From Vicugna vicugna (Eukaryota): DNA of 44,381 nucleotides. The position numbers were made by a program, and so were the translations under genes. Position 1 is the stretch's first letter; the number at the start of each line of letters is the position of its first letter. The notes below the pieces were generated by a model that worked only from the letters and a program-made list of their open reading frames with translations, was not told the origin of the DNA and ran no database searches. The DNA is taken from NCBI GenBank assembly GCA_013265495.1, contig MU058581.1:1-44381 (forward strand). Direction: 5' to 3'. Of the stretch, positions 34,050 to 44,381 are shown piece by piece.

Positions 34050-35088
34050 CTCTACACCTATATGCTGCTGAAGCATACATTTGTATCTTCAGCTCAGGCC
34101 TCTAGCCTGAATTCCAAATCTGATTTTCCAACTACCTACCTGACATCTTTACTTGACTGTCTAAAAGGTCTCTCAAATTAACATATGCTATATGAGATAA
34201 CTGATTTCTGAATCATCCTCCACGAGAAAAGTTTTCTCTTCCCATTGCCTTCTCTGACTCAACTAATGGAAACTCTCTCCTCCGGTTTTCTTAGGCTAAA
34301 AACCTTGCAGCCATCACTCTTCCATCCCCATGTAATCAATCCATCAGCAAATTTGTCAGCTCTATCCTTAGGATCTGTTAAAATTAGCCTATTTTTACGC
34401 TCCAGCTGCTACCTCCCTGGTAGCGAGCCACCATCATTTCTTGCCTGGATTGTGGCAATATCCCCATAGTGTATTCCTCTGCTTCTGCATTTGCTATCCT
34501 TGGAGTTTCTTCTCAACACCAATTTTATTAAAAATTTAAGTCAGATCATGTCATACCTCTGCTCAAAATACTCAGATGGCTTCCCATTTCATTCCATGCA
34601 GAAGTAAGAGCTTTACGATGGCTTACAAGATCCCACACGATCTGCTCCCATCTGATCTTATTTCCTGTTTCAGGCTTTCTATCTCAGGGCCTTATACTTG
34701 CTGTTTCTTTCTCCCTAAAACGCTTTCCCCCCAGATAACCACATGCCTCACTCCCCCACTTTCTTTGGGTGTCTTTTCAAATGTTACATTTTTAGTGAGG
34801 CCTTGGCAAATCATAAAATAACAACAGCCCACCCCTCACCCCTCATCTCCTTCCCTTGCTTTATTGTTTTTTATAGCACTTACTGGTCATCTGACAGTCT
34901 TTATGTTTACTTACTTATGTTGTCTGCCTTCATACTCACCCTCCCCCCACCTCCTAGAATATACTCTTCAGGAGGGTAGCAACTTTAATACACTCCCAAT
35001 AAGAGTATAGTAAATACTCGAATTTAAGTAAATCAATGTTTTGACCATAGTAGGTATTCAATAAATATTAGTTGAAAGAATTAATGAA
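34050..35088 (+). mobile_element. LINE-2 (L2a-like), ~1-kb 3' portion
   Basis: From 'cacctatatgctgctga' (RT YADD-region remnant) through 'aagtcagatcatgtcatacctctgctcaaaa' to the terminal 'gtaggtattcaataaatattagttgaaagaattaatgaa'. Confidence 0.9.
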
Positions 35089-36479
35089 CTAAAGATATTT
35101 ATCCTTGGACTTGAGAGTAGAAGTAAAGTGAAACAGCCAGAAATGCGGTTCCAAATGGTGTTAGAAATACATAGATAACCTGGCAGACCAGATTTCCCTG
35201 AGATAAGGAGGGCAAAGGGACTGGAAATCTGTATAAGCAACATGTTCCTTTAGAACCCAAGACCCAGGTCAGTCCCTGTGGTTCTAGTAGAGGTGACAAT
35301 TATCAATGGAAGATCTTCCAGAAAGGGAACTTTTGCACATTGAAAGCAGTACCTGAGGATCAGTGAAAATGAATGGAAGATTCTAGCTTCCATAAGCCCC
35401 CACTAACCAAAGTCATTAGTTGCTCTTAAGAACATTGCAACTTTCCTCCAAGGAAGAAAATGTTTCCAGCAGGTATGATCAAAAACCACTTAAACTCCTT
35501 CTGTCCAGGAATAGAGCTTGACAGAGTCAAATTCACGTACAATGTTAAGGGAAGATGTATTAGAGTTCTGCTTAATTTGAAGATTGTGAACAAAGCCGTA
35601 ATGGAGAAATGTAGGCAGCTTCATTCATTTTTGTACAGTAGATGGAGCCAGAGTAGGAAGGAAAGAGTCTTAGACTGATTGTGAAATCACGCAAAGAGGG
35701 ATTTGAATTGGGAATCCACTGTGGATTCCAGCCCCTGAGAGCCCATTCGGCAAGCAGCCAGGGCTCTGTCTCTAGTCACCTGGAGTAAGGGGAGGTGATG
35801 AACCCCACGATGAACTCATAGATTATACGCAGAGAAAAGCAACTTGAAATGGAAAGAAAACAGGTCTGATTTTAATTTGAATACCAAGGGTTTGTTTTTG
35901 CAAGTGTGCAAAACTTTGAACTTTAGGAACCAAGATGGGATGGAGGTGGATTTGTGATACTCTTTGGATTAGAAGTAAAAGATTAATAATTATTTTAAAA
36001 TTATAAAGCTAGCCTTTATATTCTAATTAAAGCCGTAAGGGTGTGGTTTTATGGTGAACAGGCATGCACTAGAGGCAGAGAAAGCAAAAGACATATAAAA
36101 AGAAGGCTTGGGATTCCCCAAATGATGTGACGAATTAATAACCAGATTCATAAAATTTCTGAAAAATTTGACCATTGTGATGTTCATAAAATTGACTGAA
36201 TTACAAATATTGGATTAGAGTTCATGGATGCACTTAATACTCTACCACATCTAAGACGGTCACCACGCATCAACATCATAGCAAACCTCAGAGACAGAAG
36301 TTGATGATTACCCCAAGATTAATGCGACAACTGATTTAAAATGACCTTATGTACCCCTACTCCTCTGATGTAAGCTCCTGTCAATTACCAAGAGTCACCT
36401 GCCCCCTTGATTCTTTGAACAGGATTTGTGGGTTTAACTGAATAAGAATACATTTCTAGAGAGAAGGGAGCTGGGCTTT

Positions 36480-36920
36480 GGGGAGTGGGATGACATGGTG
36501 TTGGTGGAGAGAGAGTGGCAGGAAGGGGCTCAGGACTCAGTGAGCTGGGACTCCCAGGGCTGCCGCTCTCTTATCCACCTGGTGAGGGAGGGCAGGGATC
36601 ATATGCTCCATCCCCTCTCTTCATCAAGAGTGGAGGAGAGAAGGACCCGGGAAATCTCATATGATTGGCTGGACTGTACAAGGACCTCCAGGAATGTGAA
36701 ATGAGATGAGTCAATGAGGTTGCACGCTGCTCTTTGGCTACACTCAGTGGGTGCAGATGCAGTGGAGGGTGGACAGCTGGATTTAACAAGGTTGGGTTGC
36801 GCCAAGAGAGTAAAGTTCCACGAGATGGACCAGGCAGTTTAGAGTATGTTTAAGGAGATGATTATAATGATTGACCACTGAATTTCAGATAGATAAGGAG
36901 TAGATGAGGATGGAAAGTCA
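36480..36920 (-). mobile_element. LINE-2 internal fragment, antisense
   Basis: 'ggcagtttagagtatgtttaaggagatgattataatgattgaccactgaatttcagatagataaggag' resembles antisense L2 ORF2. Confidence 0.55.
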
Positions 36921-37177
36921 CAGGCACAGTCAAAGCCTATTCTCAGGGCAGGGCTATAGAAAGGCCACAGGAAGGCTAGAGGGGACCTTGCCCTGATGGC
37001 CTCTGACAGTGAGTGGAGCCCAGTCTCTAAGCCAGGGATCCAGAGTCCTCTGCCTGAAATGACACTTAGGTCCACTAGCTCATTCTCATCTTTCAGGCTG
37101 TGGTGAAGCCTCTGTGACTTCCTCAGCTAACATAGGTCCTCTCTGCTGCTCCCGGCCACATAAATAAATAAATCATT

Positions 37178-37331
37178 TTATTTATTTGCTTACATGTTTA
37201 TTATCTGCCTTTTCCACTAGAGTGTAAGCTCTGTAAGGGCAGGGATCTTATCTGTTCCATTCCCCACAGCATCTTTAGGACCCGGCAGACACAGCAAACA
37301 TATTATAAGTATTCGTAAGATGAATTAATTG
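37178..37331 (+). mobile_element. LINE-2 3' end
   Basis: 'ccactagagtgtaagctctgtaagggcagggatcttatctg'. Confidence 0.8.
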
Positions 37332-37344
37332 ACATTCTGGGTCA

Positions 37345-37520
37345 GTTAAAGAGCCAAGCACTGCACTAAGGTTTTTACATACATTTTCTCCTTTATCACT
37401 CCTGAGATGAAGTTACTACGAAAAAGTTAAAGCTTTTATATAATTTGACCAAGATCACATACCAAAGCTGAAAATTAAAACCAAGTCTTTTTTATTCTAA
37501 AAATCTCTGCTCCCACCTTA
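37345..37520 (-). mobile_element. MIR fragment
   Basis: 'gccaagcactgcactaaggtttttacatacatt...taatttgaccaagatcacata'. Confidence 0.6.
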
Positions 37521-39182
37521 ACAACTTTTACAAACAGATAAGTAGTTTGTAAACAAGGCAATCGTGCTTTCTGCTAAGGTTTTCACAAAAAGCCAAGGTT
37601 AAAAATAGGAGATGTGAGAAAACTTTTTATTCCCACTGGTCCTAACTTTTTATTAGTGTTCTGACATTTGTTCATGTGCCAGGCATTCCATACAGTTCAA
37701 AATTAAATGCACTTTCTGATATTGGGTTCAAATTTCTTCCCGAGATCTTCTTTAAGAGCCACCAGCTCTTATTATATACCTCCCTCTTCTTTTCTTCTTT
37801 CTTTGTCCACAGCTCATTCTTCCTTTCAACTCACTACCTCCTTTCTTCACTCACTAAGCACATTGAATAGAAAGATACAGAATTAGATGGAGTTATTGTA
37901 CTATTACAAGGAGGAAGATCAGGTGTTGGACAAGTATAAAATAGTCAAACTTTGATAAAGAGGGTTACTGAGAGGTAAGAAAAGTAAAAGAAATATATAT
38001 ATAAATATATATATAAAACGCACACAAAAATTTATATCACCCATAGAGACAGATCTAGGACCCCAGAAATAGATGTGTAAGTGAGAAAGAGGACGTGGAG
38101 AGGAAGAAAACCAACAGCTAATGACCCATGTACAAAAGACATAATGTGAAGCTGAGAAGGAGCTTGTTGCATTAGCACTTGGAACAAAAACGTGATTCAG
38201 ATTCTGTCATTCTTCAATGAAATGAATGTCACATGAAGACAAAAACTAACAAGCCAATAGAAATGAAAGACTCAGCTTGAAATCTCAAGTTTTCAGAAAT
38301 AATATTCTTTTATTTGCATCTCCTGGCACGGCTGCAAAAAGTGACTCACACATACAAAGTCCAGAAAAGAGCTAAATCATAGTGCTTAACAAGAAAACAA
38401 TTATTCCTGGTCTACTCTACATTGTCCTTAAATAAGTGAAAAGAAGGCTAAGATAGAAAAATCTTTCTTCACAGCCTGCACAGAAAGCCCAGAGGAGGCA
38501 ATGGGCTATTTGCCCCAGGGTGTGTCTGAAATGGGGTGAAGCTTGAACATTTTGTACTTGTTCAGGTTAGGTGGGGGCACAGCCAGGCCCCTGGGAAGGT
38601 CTGACTGGGGACCAGGCTTCCTCTGTCTTCTTACCACCAGCTACATGCTTTACAGTGACAGGCTTTGCAGGCCTCAAAGTGTGTTGTTCTTTGTGAAGCT
38701 GAGAAGCCAGAAGGAAGCTGAGGACATCCATCCCTGCCCCACATCATTCTCCCACTGTTAGTCTGTAGGAGTAATGCTAATGCCTGTAATACTCCATCCT
38801 GCTGCCTGAGGCTGGGGTGTTCCCATCAGCTGAGGAATGACACTGCAGAAGGGGGTTTTCTGTTCTCCATGCCTAGGGGGTGGGCGCACATCACTCGCAT
38901 TCTCCAGAATCCAAAGTGAGAAAAGGCAATTTCTCCAAAATTATATCTATTTTTTAGCTTTCTTTTTTTTTATGCTCTTGAACTGATTCCAGTAAAATAA
39001 ATGTTAGCGTTTTAATTTTTTATTCCTCTTAAGAGTGAGCTACCTTTGTTTTCTCTCTAAAACGGAAAGATTAAACATTTAATAATTACTGCTTGGGATA
39101 ATAGAGCCGCTCCATTCTGAAACAAATTCCAACAGGATCAAAGATTTATATGTATAAAAGAAAATCTAAAAGTACTAGAAGA

Positions 39183-39261
39183 GGTTGGGGAGGGTATATA
39201 GCTCAGTGGCAGAGTACAAGCTCAGCATGCACAGCATCCTGGGTTTGATCCCCAGTACCGA

Positions 39262-39329
<68 letters not shown>

Positions 39330-39437
39330 GAAAGAAAGAAAGAAGAGACAGAGAGAGAAAGAAAGAAAGAGAAAGAAAGAAAGAGAAAGAAAGAGAGAAA
39401 GAAAAGAAAGAAAGAAAGAGAGAGAGAAAGAAAGAGA

Positions 39438-39469
<32 letters not shown>

Positions 39470-39505
39470 TAATTACCTCCCCCCATGCCCCCCAAAATAG
39501 AAATG
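39183..39505 (+). mobile_element. Camelid Vic-1-like tRNA-derived SINE with 14-bp TSD, inserted in an old L1 fragment
   Basis: 'ggggagggtatatagctcagtggcagagtacaagctcagcatgcacagcatcctgggtttgatccccagtacc' and 3' part 'ctaattacctcccccc'; TSD aaagtactagaaga at 39169-39182 and 39506-39519. Confidence 0.9.
39260..39468 (+). repeat. (GAAA)n/(GA)n/(GCAA)n compound microsatellite inside the SINE
   Basis: Direct repeat array. Confidence 0.97.
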
Positions 39506-39581
39506 AAAGTACTAGAAGAAAACATGGAAAGGATCTCCATTAAAAACAATAGACTGATCATATGCTTTTATCTTCCCTCCC

Positions 39582-40062
39582 TGTGGTAGGATAAATAATG
39601 GCTCCCAAAGATATGTCCCCGTCCTAATCCCCAGAACCTATGAATGTTACTGTAAATGACAAAGACTTTGCAGATGTGACTAAGCCCCACGAAATAAGGG
39701 GATTACCCTAAATTATCTGGGTGGGCCCTAAATGCAACAACAAGCGTCTTCATTGGAGCGAGATACAGGGAGATGTGTCACAGACACAAGGGAAGGCAGT
39801 GTGACTGCAGGGGTGCAGATCAGAGTGACGCAGCCATGAGCCAGGGAATGCTTGCCGCCACCAAAAGCTGGACGAGCCAGGGGCAGATTCTCCCCCAGAG
39901 TCTACAGGGCAATGCGGCCCTGCCCTCACTCACCTTGATTTCAGTCCAGTGAAACCATTTTCAGATTTCTGGCCTCCAGAAATGTGAGAGAATATATTTT
40001 TGTTGTTTTAAGTCACCAATTTCATGGTAATTGGCCTAGCAGCCCTAGGAAACTAGTAATAC
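39582..40062 (+). mobile_element. MaLR solo LTR (MLT1D-like)
   Basis: 'tgtggtaggataaataatggctcccaaagatatgtccccgtcctaatccccagaacctatgaatgttac' ... 'tgttgttttaagtcaccaatttcatggtaatt...gcagccctaggaaacta'. Confidence 0.88.
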
Positions 40063-40644
40063 TTGTGGATCCACCCAAACAGCACCAAAGTTACAGTTAA
40101 AGGAGAGAAAATGATATAACTCATCAAGACAAAGAGAACAGCAGGAAAGAATTTTGATGAATTTTTAGAAGGTGGAAAAAATGAATTAATGAGAGGCAAT
40201 TTACTTATCAGAGTAGAGAAAATTACAAACATAGGAGCCTGGAGAAAATGTTGTGAAAGAAATAATTGAGTGACTTCTCCCAGAGAGAACAGCACAGGGT
40301 CGCCAAGCACCGCGCAGGGGCAGGAGTGGGGAGTGGGGCTGAAACTGGAGGCTGAGTGGAAGTAAGAAGCGACATTGGGTCCTCCTCCCCACACTTGCTC
40401 CATAGTGGTCAGCCAAGAGCGAGGTGTATCCGTGTTTCTCTCCTCCCTGACCTCAGTCCGTTCCCTCTGATCTCACCACCATGTGATCCTTTCTACCCAC
40501 ATTCCTTCTGTTGGAGAGAACTGGTCACAAGGTTCTTCCTGGAGGCAAGGGGGCTGGGGGATGTCCCACAGGGCCAGGCAAGGGCTTTCTCACAAGCCCT
40601 CTGCACAGTGGAAGGCAGGCATACTTTTTGGCCCTGCCACACTC

Positions 40645-41470
40645 TCTAAGGCACATCATGCTAAAATTTCAGAACACCAGAATAAAGATCCTAAAAGCTT
40701 CCTGAATGAAAAACCAGGCTACCCCTTGTACTTGGATCAGCAATCTGCCTGGCTTCAGACTAAAACAGCGACACAGACTATTAGAAGACAATAGGGCAAC
40801 ACCCTCAAAATTCTGAGATAAAACTTCTCATAACTGAAAACTTTATATCCAGCCAAACTCCCACCAAAAGTAAGGGGAAAAGAAGGCATTTCAGACATTT
40901 TCAGACATGCAAGTCTTGAACAATCTGCCTACCTTACATCATTTAGGAGGAAACTACCAAAGAGAGTAATACAACACAATGTGGAGTAAACAAGACAGAG
41001 GAGGACATTAGAACCAGAAAAAAACAGAGGATGCATCCAGGAGAGTGGCAGAGGGGAAGTCCTCGGATGATAGATGTTTATCGCACCTGGCAAGCAACCA
41101 TCCCTAGAACAGAGGCCTGTGCAAGTGTGGAAGGGAGACATTTAAGGAGAAAAACAGAACTGATAGATTATTTAATGTGTCTGAGAACTTGAGCAAAAAT
41201 TATTACTAAGAGTCTGCCAAGTCAAAATATAGTGATGGGATGTAGAAAACTAAGCAATTTGGCCAGGGGTGATTAGCAAGTATTAATACCAGGAAAAGCA
41301 GAAGGTTAAGCAAGAAGATATGATTGAAATACACTACTTGGTTCAGTGGTGAATAATACTTGATAGTCAGTTATGTAAACACTGACTTTTGACTTAACTA
41401 GACATTCTGATATAATTATATTGGGAAAAGGGGAGGAACGGAAGGGGAGAGAGAGCTGGATAAGAAATCA
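40645..41470 (+). mobile_element. HAL1 / L1 ORF1-derived element
   Basis: 'aggcacatcatgctaaaatttcagaacacc...aagatcctaaaagcttcc' (RHIMLKFQN..KILKAS), 'tatatccagccaaact', 'agacattttcagacatgcaag' are L1 ORF1p C-terminal motifs. Confidence 0.75.
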
Positions 41471-41499
41471 AAAGCCTCAATAATTTCCTTTCCAGGATT

Positions 41500-42000
41500 A
41501 TAATCTATACACATTTTTGACACATGTACAAGGATTTATGTACAAAGAACCTCACTACATCACCAGACAAGAAATAGAAAAAACAGAGACAATTTTTTTA
41601 AATATCTGTCAGCTGAAGGCTGGTTAAACAGATCATGGTTAAATGGAGAACAATGCAAGCACTAAAAAAAGCTAAACAATATATGCTGACATGAATAACC
41701 AGATAGTGAAAATGAAACAAAACAAAGTGGAGAGAAGTGAGTTCAATACACTACTACTTTGTGGGGGGGGGGCAGAATAAATATATGTATCCATATGTTC
41801 ACATGCACAGACATTGAATCTTATGTATGTACAATTTCTAGAACGATACACAAAGAATTGCTAATAGTGACTACTTCTATGGATGGGAACTGTGGTCAGG
41901 CCAGCAGGAATAGGAAAATACCTCCTTTTCATTGTCCACCATTTCGTTACTTAAAATGTTAAGCTAGTAAAGCTATTGCCTATTCAAATAAATAATTTTT
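41500..42000 (+). mobile_element. Ancient L1ME-type 3' fragment
   Basis: 'atgtacaaggatttatgtacaaag', 'tttctagaacgatacacaaagaattgctaatagtgactacttct'. Confidence 0.55.
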
Positions 42001-42309
42001 TAAAAGGAGGGAAAAGCCAAATTGGCAAAAGGAAGAAAAACAGCAACAGAATTGGCCCCCTTGAAATCTCAGCTTAATAAACATCATCTTAAGATCTCAT
42101 TTCAGTACTTTTTTAGCATTTTGCTCTAGGTGGCAGCAGCTGCCTTTTTTTTTTTTTTTTTTTACATCTGTCTAGCTTTGAGGATCAGTTCAACAATAGT
42201 GTTTGAAAGTCTTATTTTTCCTTTTCTTAAGAAAAAAATTTCTTTAAATGTTTAAGTATGTATTGATGAAATGCATGACTTGGAAATGTTACTGAGTATT
42301 GTTGTGCAA

Positions 42310-42339
42310 CATCATCACCATCATCATCATCATCATCAT
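42310..42339 (+). repeat. (CAT)n microsatellite
   Basis: catcatcaccatcatcatcatcatcatcat. Confidence 0.85.
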
Positions 42340-42689
42340 AAATTTAAGAGCAGGTTACAAATTTGAGGAAATGAAAAATAGACTGGGAAGATACCAAAAT
42401 GATGGGAATGATTATCCTTGTGTAGTAGAAAAATTAATAGATGAATTTGTTTTTCTCTTTGTGCCTTTCCAAATTTTCTGCAATGAACATTTAAAAAAAC
42501 AAAAACCTTGTTTATCCTCCAAGCCTGATAGGCTTAAGTGTTATCTGGTACCCAAACATTTCCAATATCACTAAACTCTTTCATTTCTTAACTGTGAAAT
42601 GAGAATTGTGGCAGAAACTTTAGGCACATTGTAGGACTATTAAAGGAGAGATGGCGAGGATAAAGGATCTTCTTAATATAACTCAAATC

Positions 42690-42875
42690 CAGAAGCAGAC
42701 TTACTGTGAAGTTAATAAAGCTTATGTTTTTATGTTTCAGGAGAGCCCCCTTCATTTGCTCTGATCCTTTCTAAAACGTTATATCTCATTTTGAATGTGT
42801 AACTTTGTGTTCTTTTCCTTACAGGGGCTATAAAATGTCCAATTACAGAACCTGCTAAATCAAGATCCACCATTG
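42690..42875. mobile_element. MER53-like hAT MITE
   Basis: 'cagaagcagacttactgtgaagttaataaagctta...' to '...gatccaccattg'; degenerate TIRs, ~186 bp, colinear with MER53 as recalled. Confidence 0.65.
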
Positions 42876-43252
42876 TCAAAGCACATGAAAATACTCTTTG
42901 ACAACTTTTTTAACATCCTTGGGTGAGACAGTCTGGTTATACTCTATTCTGAGGGGATGTGGAGGAAGACTTACAAGCTCCCCGCTAAACAGAGAGGCCA
43001 ACCCTCACAAACCCTTGCACCCCTGTTGCCTAGCACACACCTGGTGCATTTCTGGTATCCAGATACCATTGGTAGCACTGTTAAATGGCAGTGAGTTTTC
43101 AGGGAGAGGTAGAAGGCCTCCTAGTTACTTCCTTACTCCTAGAGTAGTTGAGGGTAGTTCTTGTGGAAGTGTTTCTGGTGGCTTGCTGAAAGGATGCTCC
43201 CCTCTCAAATGAACAGTGGTTCAGGGCCACAAACGGCTGAGTTGAAGTCCAT

Positions 43253-43378
43253 TACATATATATGCTGCCTCTTCTTTATCCATTCATCTACTGATGTGCA
43301 CTTAGGATGCTCCCATATCTTGGCAATTATAAGGAATGTTGCTGTTAATAGTGGGATGTATATATCTTTTTGAATTAA
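43253..43378 (-). mobile_element. L1 3' fragment, antisense
   Basis: 'tctttatccattcatctactgatgtgcacttaggatgctcccatatcttggcaattat'. Confidence 0.8.
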
Positions 43379-43878
43379 TTCTTATTTTGTGGTTGGCTTT
43401 ATCCCTTTGATAACTATGTAAGTTTAAAAAGCTAAAGCTCTAAACATTCTCAGTAACAATGAACAGTACATATATGTAAATTTTAAAAAATATGTGCAGT
43501 ATATTGTGTATACATATTTACATGCAATATGTTGTATATGTGCAGTCAAATCATAACAGTTCTACCTAATAAAACTGAAAAATGAAAAAATAAATGAACA
43601 GGGCTTCAGAACAACTCCCGGTCCTCGGAGGAGCCTGTGGAACCGGTGAGTGGATCTTGCAGGTGAGTCATCCTGGTGGGACAGCACAGGCTGACTCTGT
43701 GCCAGCTGAGGAGAAGGACCCCATCTCCCCTCTTTGAAAAGAGGTACCAGCATTTTTATCTATGAAACAGAGAAGAAAAGAAATCTGGTATGTGACTGAC
43801 TGATAAACTCCTCCAATACGGGAATGCAAACTGGCATGGTACCCCAAAGGAGAAGAGTGAGAATTAAAAAGTCAGGGG

Positions 43879-44381
43879 CCATATGACCCAACACTTTCAG
43901 TTCTGGGTTTATACCCAAGAGGAATGACAGCAGGGATTTGAAAAGAGATTTGTACACCTGTGTTCATAGCATCATTACTCACAACAGCCAAAAAGCAACC
44001 TGTGTCCATCGACAGACAAACAGGTAAACAAAATGTGTATACAAACAATGGAATATTATTCAGTCTTTAAAAGGCATGAAATTCTAACACATGCTACACT
44101 GAAACTTGAAGGCATTATACTAAGTGAAATAAGCCAGTTCCAAAAGGATAAATATTGTATGATTCTACTTATTTGCAGTGTCTGGAGGAGTCAAAGTCAT
44201 AGAGACAGAATGCAGAATGCTGGTTGCCAGGGGCTGGGGGGAATGGGAAATGAGGAATGATTATTTAATGGGTACAGAGCTTCCATTTTCAAAGATAAAA
44301 AGAGTTCTGGAGATGGATGGTGGCAATGGCCACTGAACTGTACACTCAAAAATGACTGAAATGGTAAATTTTATGTTATAT
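43879..44381 (+). mobile_element. L1MB-type 3' end
   Basis: 'ccatatgacccaacactttcagttctgggtttatacccaag', 'atggaatattattcagtctttaaaaggcatgaaattct', 'aaagagttctggagatggatggtggc', 'atggtaaattttatgttata'. Confidence 0.9.

Noticed and set aside
35500..35700. Possible CR1/L3 remnant
   Set aside because: Similarity is too weak to call by eye.
39183..39259. tRNA gene (also 12015-12093)
   Set aside because: A and B boxes are present, but the acceptor stem does not pair and the A-rich tail (plus a TSD at the 39183 copy) identifies these as SINEs.

Overview
Mammalian, non-coding, repeat-dominated genomic DNA. It is most likely camelid, inferred from two Vic-1-like tRNA-derived SINEs and camelid-type L1 tails. 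I found no intact protein-coding gene; nearly all ORFs in the track are repeat-derived or chance ORFs. The window is a mosaic. (1) 1-1984: old L1, L2 and a Charlie1-type hAT remnant, followed by a 299-N assembly gap. (2) About 3300-4030: a GC/CpG-rich island remnant ending at a short (CCCTAA)n tract. (3) An AT-rich block with an ERV1-type solo LTR, a single disabled 203-bp exon of ANO6 (TMEM16F) and L1 fragments. Two short L1 tails with clean TSDs and apparent 3' transductions lie at 2586-2791 and 7160-7391. (4) 13942-26298: a ~12.3-kb satellite with ~245-250-bp monomers that reverses orientation at ~17510-17524 and is layered into sequence variants. (5) 26299-26453: a degenerate (TTAGGG)n array fused to a truncated monomer. 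(6) GC-rich DNA with MIR/MLT1/L1MC to ~34.0 kb, then AT-richer DNA with L2, SINE, MLT1D, HAL1, MER53 and L1. The most interesting signals are architectural: a candidate fossil chromosome end, outward-facing telomeric tracts bracketing a 22-kb block, the satellite inversion, and alpha-satellite-like motifs in the monomer. All repeat names were assigned by eye from remembered consensus sequences. Boundaries are approximate unless TSDs are given.
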